A stretch of DNA of 35,562 bases from Candidatus Eiseniibacteriota bacterium (GTDB taxonomy: Bacteria; Eisenbacteria; RBG-16-71-46), in contig JANMQY010000014.1 of NCBI GenBank assembly GCA_031370785.1, positions 1-35,562 on the forward strand, in the 5' to 3' direction. Positions 1-7,489 of this stretch are shown in pieces (within the stretch, counting starts at the first letter, position 1; each line of letters begins with the position of its first letter). Below the pieces are notes generated by a model. It was not told the origin of the DNA. It saw only the letters and a list, made by a program, of their open reading frames with translations, and ran no database searches. Made by a program: the position numbers and the translations under genes.

Positions 1-48
1 GACCCTCACCTTGGCAAGGTGATGCTCTACCAGCTGAGCCACTTCCGC
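1..48 (-). tRNA. tRNA-Gly(GCC), 5' part; 3' end lies outside the window
   Basis: Reverse complement reads GCGGAAGTGGCTCAGCTGGTAGAGCATCACCTTGCCAAGGTGAGGGTC: D-arm, anticodon stem and loop TT-GCC-AA. Confidence 0.93.
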
Positions 49-72
49 TCGGAGTTGCTGCGCGCACCGTGA

Positions 73-148
73 TGGTGCCGAGAGCCAGATTCGAACTGGC
101 GACACCGCGATTTTCAGTCGCGTGCTCTACCAACTGAGCTAGGGTCGC
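73..148 (-). tRNA. tRNA-Phe(GAA) with encoded CCA; 5' acceptor strand mismatched
   Basis: TAGCTCAGTTGGTAGAGC D-arm, CGCGA-CTGAAAA-TCGCG anticodon arm, GCCAG-TTCGAAT-CTGGC T-arm, TCTCGGC-A-CCA end. The 5' heptamer is GCGACCC rather than the complementary GCCGAGA. Confidence 0.85.
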
Positions 149-205
149 ACGGTAACGCGCGCGAGGGCCACCCGAACTGCAGCGGACGGGCCTCAGGACC
201 GCACA

Positions 206-235
206 GGATTAACATGCGCCGCGAACGGGCGTCAA
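206..235 (-). promoter_or_regulatory. Putative sigma70 promoter for the tRNA cluster
   Basis: Minus strand TTGACG followed 16 nt later by an AT-rich GTTAATCC, about 60 nt upstream of tRNA-Phe. The -10 is imperfect. Confidence 0.4.
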
Positions 236-247
236 CCCGCGGGCGCG

Positions 248-2146
248 CTACGCGTCGGGGAATCGGTGACGTCGATCCGCGCGCGACTGGCGTCGCTCCG
301 CGCTCTTCTGCCTGCGGTCCTGATTGTCGGGAATCGGCAGCGTGAACGAGACGATCGTGGTCCATTCCGCCTCGCTACGCACCCGGATCTCGCCGCCATG
401 CTCGCGCACGATCCGCTGCACCAGGCCAAGCCCGAGCCCGGCGGCACCGTTTGGACGCGTGGCGAACGGAACGAACAGCCGTTCGAGCGCATCTCCCGGC
501 TCGTGCGGGCCGTCGTGCGCGATGTCGACGACCACGTACGGATGCGCGCGACGTGATTCCACCCGGATGCGCCCGCCGATCGGCACCGACTCGAGCGCAT
601 TCTTGAGCACGTTGTGCAGCACCTGGCGCATGCGCTCCGGATCGATCAGCAGCGCGGGCAGCTCGGGATCGAGGCGCTTGAGCAGGCGCACCCGGCGGCG
701 CACCAGCATCTCGCCGGACTGGCGCAGCACGTCCTGAACCACGGCGTTCAGGCTCTCCACCTTCAGGCGTAGCGGCTGGAGCGCGGCGTGTTCGACCTGC
801 TCGCCGAACAGGCATTCCAGCCGCTGGCTCTCGCGGATCACGATCTCGAGGTACTCGCGATGCGGGTCGCCCTCCTCGAGCTCGCGGTGCACCCGCCTCG
901 CGAACGCCCCGATCGACGCGATCGGATTGCGCACCTCGGCCGCGACCCGGGAAGCGCGCTCGCCGATCGAGGCGAGACGCTCCTCGCGCCGCACCCGCGC
1001 GCGCAGCTCGTGATTGGCCAGCTCGGCACGCTGCACTTCCTCGCCGCGCCTCGCCTGCTCGAGGACCAGCGCCAGCACGTCGGCCAGCACGCCGAGGAAA
1101 TCGAGATCCATGCGCGTGAACGTGGCCATCGCCTCGCCGATTCGCGGATGCCCGTGATACAGCGCGAGCGCCCCGAGCGCGCGCCCGTAGGCGAGCAGCG
1201 GCCGAGCAGCGACCGCGTACGCGTCGAGCTCGACCCCGGCCACCGCGCCACGCTCCGCCGGCCCGTATAGCACTCGCGGCTCGAGAGTGCGGATCACTTC
1301 CTCGGCGAGCGGCATCAGTACGCGCCCGATGCGCTCACGCTGGCCGACCGGGCCGTGCGTGACTTCGAGCCGCGTGCCCGCTGCGCCGGCCAGCCACACG
1401 GCCGCGCCGTGGGCGCCTGTGCCCTGCACCGCGAGTCGCGCCGCGAGATGCAGCGCCTCGGCGAGATTGAGCGACGAGACCCCGGCGCGCACGAACTCGC
1501 CGAGCGCCTCGGCATGCTGCGCGCGACGCCGCGCTTCGGCCGCCGGATCGAGCGCGTCCCAGGTCGCCTCGACCGTGCGCGCCAGCGATTCGAGGCGCCC
1601 GGCGCCGGCCAGACTCTCCTCGACTCCGTGCCACTCTCCGACCAGCAGCGCGTGCGCGCGCAGGCCGCGGCGCAGCAGCACCGCGCCGACCGAGGCCGCG
1701 CCACGCCACGGGAACTCGGCGTCACCGGGGGCGCCGACGCATGCCCCGCCGCCCCGCCACGCTTCCGCCGGTGCTCCGCTCAGCCGGGTCGGCAATGCCG
1801 AGAACGCCTGCCACTCGGCGACTCGCGCCGCGTCCGCTGGCGCAGGCTTGGCCAAGCGCGCCCACTCGAGGTTTCGCTCGAGCGAAGCGGCCGGCACGAC
1901 CGCGCTGGCCACGCATGCGCCTTCGAGGCGCTCGCGGTCCGGGTTGAAGCGCATCAGATGTGCGTGCGCGCATCCTGCGCCTGCGGGATGTACCGCCAGC
2001 GACACCAGCATGCGCTCGAGCGCTTCGGGCTCGACGGAGGCTTCGAGGAAGCGCGCGAGCAGCGCGGCGGCATTCAGCGGCCCGTCGTGCGCGGCGGACA
2101 CGGCGGAAGGCCGCGCATCGATGTCTGAGGAGCGCTGGGGTTCCAC
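248..2146 (-). CDS. GAF-domain, NtrB-like histidine kinase homologue with degenerate H-box (pseudokinase)
   Basis: GAF-like segment (PLLAYGRALGALAL), HisKA-like VAAEVRNPIASI, N-box VLHNVLKNA, G2 GLGLGLV. Start placed at GTG 2146 after AGGGAG. Confidence 0.85.
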   Translation of the reverse strand: MEPQRSSDIDARPSAVSAAHDGPLNAAALLARFLEASVEPEALERMLVSLAVHPAGAGCAHAHLMRFNPDRERLEGACVASAVVPAASLERNLEWARLAKPAPADAARVAEWQAFSALPTRLSGAPAEAWRGGGACVGAPGDAEFPWRGAASVGAVLLRRGLRAHALLVGEWHGVEESLAGAGRLESLARTVEATWDALDPAAEARRRAQHAEALGEFVRAGVSSLNLAEALHLAARLAVQGTGAHGAAVWLAGAAGTRLEVTHGPVGQRERIGRVLMPLAEEVIRTLEPRVLYGPAERGAVAGVELDAYAVAARPLLAYGRALGALALYHGHPRIGEAMATFTRMDLDFLGVLADVLALVLEQARRGEEVQRAELANHELRARVRREERLASIGERASRVAAEVRNPIASIGAFARRVHRELEEGDPHREYLEIVIRESQRLECLFGEQVEHAALQPLRLKVESLNAVVQDVLRQSGEMLVRRRVRLLKRLDPELPALLIDPERMRQVLHNVLKNALESVPIGGRIRVESRRAHPYVVVDIAHDGPHEPGDALERLFVPFATRPNGAAGLGLGLVQRIVREHGGEIRVRSEAEWTTIVSFTLPIPDNQDRRQKSAERRQSRADRRHRFPDA

Positions 2147-2201
2147 TCGAGTCTCCCTGGGAGAATAGGAAATGGCAGGACTTTTCCGGGCAACTACAGC
2201 G

Positions 2202-2216
2202 GCAAGGCATGTGCCA
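2202..2216 (-). promoter_or_regulatory. sigma54 -24/-12 promoter
   Basis: Minus strand TGGCAC-ATGCC-TTGC with exact GG-N10-GC spacing, about 55 nt upstream of the kinase-like start. rpoN is in the same window. Confidence 0.75.
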
Positions 2217-2291
2217 TCCTCCTGCGTCGGTCGGCTGCGCGTGCTCGATCTCGCTGCGAGCCCCCGTCCTGCGGCTAACCCGGCTTTCCGC

Positions 2292-2321
2292 TTGACCCTA
2301 GGCTCTGCGGCCACCTAACGT
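2292..2321 (+). promoter_or_regulatory. Putative sigma70 promoter for DUF3467-GH57
   Basis: TTGACC-N18-TAACGT. Confidence 0.5.
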
Positions 2322-2401
2322 CCGGAGCTGTCCGCCCCGCCTTCCGTCCTTCCGTCGCTTCATGCGGGGCCTTCCGATTGGGTGCGAACAGGAGCCAGAT
2401 C

Positions 2402-2704
2402 GTGGAAAACCCCCAGAACCAGCAGCCGCTCCAGGTGGAGCTCGGCGAGCGCGAGGCCGAGGGCATCTACTCGAATCTGGTGTTCATCGCCCATTCGGCT
2501 TCCGAGGTGATCCTCGACTTCGCACGCGCATTGCCCGGCCTCCCCAAAGCAAAGGTGTACGCGCGCGTCATCCTCACCCCGCAACATGCCAAGTCACTGC
2601 TTCTCGCACTCGAGCAGAATCTCAAGAACTACGAGACCCAGTTCGGCGCGATCAAGATTCCGGGCGAGCCACCCCGCGGCAAAGAGCTCGGCTTCAAGTC
2701 CTGA
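2402..2704 (+). CDS. DUF3467 family protein
   Basis: Characteristic AEGIYSNLVFIAHSASEVILDF...ARVILTPQHAKSLL...YETQFGAI; AGGAG RBS before GTG 2402. Confidence 0.88.
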   Translation: MENPQNQQPLQVELGEREAEGIYSNLVFIAHSASEVILDFARALPGLPKAKVYARVILTPQHAKSLLLALEQNLKNYETQFGAIKIPGEPPRGKELGFKS

Positions 2705-2714
2705 GCGCGGGCGC

Positions 2715-3695
2715 ATGGCCGCCGCCTTCGCACTCGTCCTTCACACCCACCTTCCCTATGTGATCCGGCACGGCCGCTGGCCGCACGGCTCGGACTGGCT
2801 GTGCGAGGCCGCGGCCGAGTCGTATCTGCCGCTGCTGCGCGTGCTCGAACGCCGCGTCGCGCGCGGCGGAAGAGCGGCTCTCACGCTGAGCCTCACGCCG
2901 GTGCTGTGCGAACAGCTCGCCGATCCGGAGTTCCCCGAGATCTTCAGGCGCTTCCTCGAAGAGAAGCATGAGGCGGCGCGCGAGGATCACGCCCGGTTCG
3001 TGCACGACGGCGACACCCTGCTCGCCGAACGCGCCGCCGGCTGGGAAGCGTTCTACCGCGGCGCGCTCGAGGATTTCCTCGGAGCCGGAGGCACGAACCT
3101 GGTCGCGCGATTCCGGCGCCTCGAAGAGCGCGGCGCGATCGAGATCGTGACCAGCGCCGCGACCCATGCCTACCTGCCGCTCATGGGCAGCGAGCGGGCG
3201 GTGTCGCGACAGGTGCGTGTGGCCACCCGCGCGCACCGGCGTCATTTCGGGCGCGCACCGCGCGGGATGTGGCTCCCCGAGTGCGCGTGGCGTCCCGCAG
3301 GACCGTGGGTTTCGCCAGTCGATCCCGATGTCCGCACCCGATTTCGGCCCGGGCTGGAGAGCTCGCTCGAGACGGAAGCGCTGAGCTTCTGCTTCGTAGA
3401 TCCGCACCTGCTGAACGCGGCCGAGCCCAGTGAGCCGGGGGCTCGCGGGGGCGGGGTGCCCGATGACTCGCGGGGACCCCCGTCGCCCACCCCTCCCAAA
3501 AGACCTCACCGCTCCTGGCCCCACTCGCCATCGGGCACCCCGCCCCCCGACGACAGGCCCGAGGATCAGGGTTCGGCGGCTAGTGCGTCGGGAAGGGCGC
3601 GTTCCTGGGCCGTGACGGCGGCTTCGGTGCCGCCAAGGGCACCGTCTTCGACGATCACGCCGCGCAATAGCGGCATCGGTACGAGCTCGAAGTAG
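2715..3695 (+). pseudogene. GH57 1,4-alpha-glucan branching enzyme (DUF1957 type), C-terminally truncated
   Basis: LHTHLP, ESYLPLL, ATHAYLP and GMWLPEC motifs. Similarity is lost after about 3415, where a Pro-rich tail begins and runs 130 nt into the opposing gene. Confidence 0.75.
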
Positions 3696-4474
3696 ACGTT
3701 GCGTGGGCGCACGCCTTCAGTGGGCGCCTCCCAGACCTCGTCGGGGTTCATTTCTACGATGCGCAGAGCGCCGGTGTTTGCGGGGAGGAATTTGCGGCGC
3801 TCGGCGAGTGCGTAGACGGGGACGGAATGTTCGCGCGCGGCCAGGGCGGCGGCGAAGGAGCCGATCTTGTTGATCACGCCCTGCTCGGTGACCGCGTCGG
3901 CGCCGAGCCACACCATGCTGGCCTGCGACAGAAGAAGTGGAAGCGCGGCGTCCACGACCAGCCACACCGGGATGCCTTCGGCGGCGAGCGCGGCGGCAAG
4001 TGCGCGGCCTTCGAAACGTGGCCGGCCTTCGCCGATCAGCGCGCGCGGCTTGCGGCCCGCTCGGTGCGCGGCGAGAAACGCGTCGCGGACCGCGGCGCTG
4101 CTCGACAGCGTCGCGATCCATCCTTCGCGCTCGGTGACGAGCGACGCGGCCTGCTCCGCGACCGCCTCGCGCGCCTTGCGCAGGTCCTCGCGCTCCGCGT
4201 CGCACGAGAGCGCGAGATGCGCGCGCAGATCGGCCGGCGAATCGCCGCGGGCGATGCCGGTCTCGATCACATCGAGCGCGCGCGCGGCGAGCTGATGGAT
4301 GAGTGCGAGCGAGGGCTGGGCGGCCTGCGCCGCGCGCAGCTTCGCGAACAGCGCCTGCCGGAAGGCAGCGGGAGTGCTCGAGGTGTCCTGAGCGGCCCAG
4401 CGGTCGAGCTCATCCAGGAACGCGAGCGCGACGTCGCTCGAGCCGGAAGCGCGGTCGGCGGCGAAGTCGACCAT
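3566..4474 (-). CDS. eIF-2B alpha/beta/delta family protein (MtnA / R15P isomerase superfamily)
   Basis: TLSSSAAV, EGRPRFEG, GADAV, NKIGS and RNVYFE motifs; ATG 4474 with GGAGGGG RBS. Confidence 0.85.
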   Translation of the reverse strand: MVDFAADRASGSSDVALAFLDELDRWAAQDTSSTPAAFRQALFAKLRAAQAAQPSLALIHQLAARALDVIETGIARGDSPADLRAHLALSCDAEREDLRKAREAVAEQAASLVTEREGWIATLSSSAAVRDAFLAAHRAGRKPRALIGEGRPRFEGRALAAALAAEGIPVWLVVDAALPLLLSQASMVWLGADAVTEQGVINKIGSFAAALAAREHSVPVYALAERRKFLPANTGALRIVEMNPDEVWEAPTEGVRPRNVYFELVPMPLLRGVIVEDGALGGTEAAVTAQERALPDALAAEP

Positions 4475-4604
4475 GGTCAGCCCCTCCGGGCCGCGCTCGG
4501 ACGTCGGCGCTGAGGCGGAAATGGGTTCTCGATCCGGCGGAAAGGCGTCATTGCGACTGTCTTCCTGAGGTCCTCGAGGCGGGAGGGCGGAAGTTCGGCG
4601 CGGC

Positions 4605-4613
4605 ACTATAGCA
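4605..4613 (-). promoter_or_regulatory. Extended -10 promoter element
   Basis: Minus strand TG-C-TATAGT upstream of the eIF2B-family gene. Confidence 0.45.
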
Positions 4614-4651
4614 GAAGGCGCGGCGCGCCCGAGGCGGCCCGAAGGGCAGTT

Positions 4652-4680
4652 TTGGCGCGGTCTTGCGGGTGTGTTAGCTT
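4652..4680 (+). promoter_or_regulatory. Putative sigma70 promoter for radical SAM-rng
   Basis: TTGGCG-N17-TAGCTT with extended TG. Confidence 0.5.
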
Positions 4681-4800
4681 CTCGCCGCTCGAACCCTGCG
4701 GCCTCGCGCCTGGCGCGCTCACCTTGAACCGCAACGATTCGATGACGTTGCCGCCGATCAGCCCCGGCGGCTCGCCCCATTCGTGGGAGTAATTCTGACC

Positions 4801-7458
4801 ATGTCTTCGGCAGTATCCGAGCGGATCCAGCACCAGCTGCTGCCGCGCGTCTCCAAGCCGAACCGCTATCTTGGCAACGCGCTGCACGTGCCGCGCAAGC
4901 CGCTCGCCGAGGCCGAGGTGCGGGTCCTGCTCGCGTTCCCGGACGCCTACGAGATCGGGCTGTCGAACATCGGCATCCGCATCATCCACCACATTCTGAA
5001 CGGGCGCGCCGATACCGCGGCGGAGCTCACCTTTGCGCCGTGGCCGGACGCCGAGGCCGAGATGCGACGGCTGGGCATCCCGCTGTTCTCGCTCGACTCG
5101 CACGCGCCGGCCGATGCGTTCGACATCATCGGCTTCTCGCTCCAGTACGAGCTGCAGTACACGAACGTGCTCAACATGCTGGATCTGGCCGGCCTGCCGC
5201 TGCGCAGCGTGGAGCGCGACCAGCGTCACGCGCTGGTGATCGCGGGCGGCGCCCAGGCGTTCAGCCCGGAGCCCATGGCCGAATTCATCGACGCGTTCGT
5301 GATCGGCGATGGGGAAGAGGTCATCCACCAGGTGGTGAACCTGGCGCGCGATGCCAAGCGCGGCGAGTGGTCGCGCGAGCGGCTGCTGCGCCGCCTCGCG
5401 CACGTGCCCGGGGTGTACGTGCCTTCGGGATACATCACGCACGCGACCACCGAAGGCTGGCTGGTTCCCGAGCCGCGGCCCGGCTTCCCGGCGCGCGTGC
5501 ATTCGGCGTGGGTCAAGGAGCTCAAGACCGAGTACTACCCGGCCGCTCCGCTGCTGCCGGTCGGCGAGATCACGCACGACCGGCTCTCGGTCGAGATCAT
5601 GCGCGGCTGCACCCGCGGGTGCCGCTTCTGCCAGGCCGGCATGATCAACCGCCCGGTGCGCGAGAAGCCCGCGCAACAGGTCGTGGAAGAGGTGCTGCGC
5701 GGCCTTCAGTCGACTGGCATGGAAGAGGTGTCGCTGATCTCGCTGTCGTCGACCGATCACACCCAGATCGTCGAGCAGGTGAACGCGCTCGCCGACGATC
5801 TGTGCCCGACCCGCGTCCAGATCTCGCTGCCTTCGACCCGGCCCGATAACCTGCCGGTCGATGTGGCGCGGCGCATGGCGGCGCAGAAAAAGGGCTCGAT
5901 CACGCTCGCGCCCGAAGCCGGCAGCCAGCGCATGCGCGACGTCATCAACAAGAACCACACCGAGGAAGAGCTGCTCAACTCGGTCGGCACCGCGGCGCGC
6001 GAGGGCTACACCGGCGCCAAGCTGTACTTCATGTGCGGCCTGCCCGGCGAGACCGACGACGATCTGCGCGCGATCCTCGACCTGGCGCACCGCTCGCTGC
6101 TGCGCGCGCGCGCCGAAGGCAACAAGGGTTTCCGCATCACCGCGAGCGTCTCGCCGCACGTGCCCAAGCCCCACACCCCGTTCGCGTGGGCCGAGCAGGT
6201 GAGCACCGCCGAGCTCAACCGCCGGCTCGGCGTGCTGCGCGACGCGGTCAAGGGCAAGCCGGTCACGCTCAAGTACCGGGACGCCGAGACCTCGCTGCTC
6301 GAAGGTGTGTTCACGCGCGGCGACCGCACGCTCGGCCTTGCGGTGGAAGAGGCATGGCGGCGCGGCTGCCGGTTCGACGCCTGGACCGAGCATCTGCGCT
6401 TCGCGACCTGGCTCGACGTGTTCCATGACCTCGGGATCGATGCCGAGCGCCAGCTGATCGAGCGCTCCACCGAGATGCCTCAGCCGTGGGACGTCGTTCA
6501 GTCCCCGGTCACCAAGAAGTTCCTGGTGCGTGAGAAGGTTCGCGCGGACCAGGCGGCGATCACCGACGACTGCCGCCTCGAGGACATCTGCTTCTCGTGC
6601 GGCGTGGTCGAGTGCCCGCAACGGCCGTGGGTCAAGCAGCCGCACGCGCCGCTCGATCTCGAGCGCGCGCATGCCGCCTTGCCCGCGCCGGCCTACGGCC
6701 GACGTTCGCGCCGGTCCAGCGCGCCGGGCGTCGCCACCAGCACCCGTTTCCGAATCGTGTTCGAGAAGGGGATCGAGATGCGCTTCACCTCGCACCTCGA
6801 TCTGATGCGGACCTGGGAGCGCACCTTGCGCCGTTCCGGGCTTCCGCTGGGCTTCACCCAGGGGCATCACCCGCATTTGAAAATGTCGTTCGGGCCGCCA
6901 CTGCCGCTGGGATACCGTTCCCGGGCCGAAGCGTTCGACCTGGAGTTCTCGCAGCCGCCCGCCGTGGACCTCACCGAGAGGCTCAACGCGACGCTGCCTG
7001 TGGGACTTCGGGTACTCGACTTCCGTCCCATTCTCTTCAAGACGCCTTCGCTCATGAGTCAGCTCGAAGGCGCCTCGTACCGGGTGAGGTTCCCCCGGAC
7101 GTTCCTCGAGCAGGCCGGCGTGACGCCGGAGCAGCTGCTCGCGGTTCTCGAGGCGCGCATCATCTGGCTGCTTCAGCGGGAGCACGTACTCGTGCGCCGG
7201 CAGAGCGAGGCTCAGACCCGCGAATTCGACGCTCGACCTTCGATCGTCGCCCTCGAGGCCCACCGCGAGGACGGGGCAACGCTTCTGGACGCGCATCTGC
7301 GCTTCACCGTGCGCGCCCAGGTTCGCCCCGACGAAGTGGTGGCCCTGCTGATCCCGGATCAGGACGCCCGGACCGTGGATATCGAACGGACCGCGCTGTG
7401 GACCGACTCCAGCGGACAGCGGCTCACGCCTCTGGTGCTTCTGGGCGCACGCATCTGA
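4801..7458 (+). CDS. TIGR03960-type B12-binding radical SAM protein fused to TIGR03936/DUF2344 domain
   Basis: FPDAYEIGLS, RGCTRGCRFC (CxxxCxxC), APEAGSQR, Cys-rich linker, C-terminal RFTSHLDL...TQGHHPH...FGPPLPLG. Confidence 0.9.
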   Translation: MSSAVSERIQHQLLPRVSKPNRYLGNALHVPRKPLAEAEVRVLLAFPDAYEIGLSNIGIRIIHHILNGRADTAAELTFAPWPDAEAEMRRLGIPLFSLDSHAPADAFDIIGFSLQYELQYTNVLNMLDLAGLPLRSVERDQRHALVIAGGAQAFSPEPMAEFIDAFVIGDGEEVIHQVVNLARDAKRGEWSRERLLRRLAHVPGVYVPSGYITHATTEGWLVPEPRPGFPARVHSAWVKELKTEYYPAAPLLPVGEITHDRLSVEIMRGCTRGCRFCQAGMINRPVREKPAQQVVEEVLRGLQSTGMEEVSLISLSSTDHTQIVEQVNALADDLCPTRVQISLPSTRPDNLPVDVARRMAAQKKGSITLAPEAGSQRMRDVINKNHTEEELLNSVGTAAREGYTGAKLYFMCGLPGETDDDLRAILDLAHRSLLRARAEGNKGFRITASVSPHVPKPHTPFAWAEQVSTAELNRRLGVLRDAVKGKPVTLKYRDAETSLLEGVFTRGDRTLGLAVEEAWRRGCRFDAWTEHLRFATWLDVFHDLGIDAERQLIERSTEMPQPWDVVQSPVTKKFLVREKVRADQAAITDDCRLEDICFSCGVVECPQRPWVKQPHAPLDLERAHAALPAPAYGRRSRRSSAPGVATSTRFRIVFEKGIEMRFTSHLDLMRTWERTLRRSGLPLGFTQGHHPHLKMSFGPPLPLGYRSRAEAFDLEFSQPPAVDLTERLNATLPVGLRVLDFRPILFKTPSLMSQLEGASYRVRFPRTFLEQAGVTPEQLLAVLEARIIWLLQREHVLVRRQSEAQTREFDARPSIVALEAHREDGATLLDAHLRFTVRAQVRPDEVVALLIPDQDARTVDIERTALWTDSSGQRLTPLVLLGARI

Positions 7459-7489
7459 ACGACGTCGCGCGGGGCGACAGGAAGCCCCC

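Noticed and set aside
1..250. Prophage or island integrated at the tRNAs
   Set aside because: No integrase, phage gene or second copy of the tRNA end was seen in the window.
4653..4666. sigma54-like TGGCGC-GGTC-TTGC
   Set aside because: Spacing is GG-N9-GC, not the required N10; it fits better as a sigma70 -35 region.
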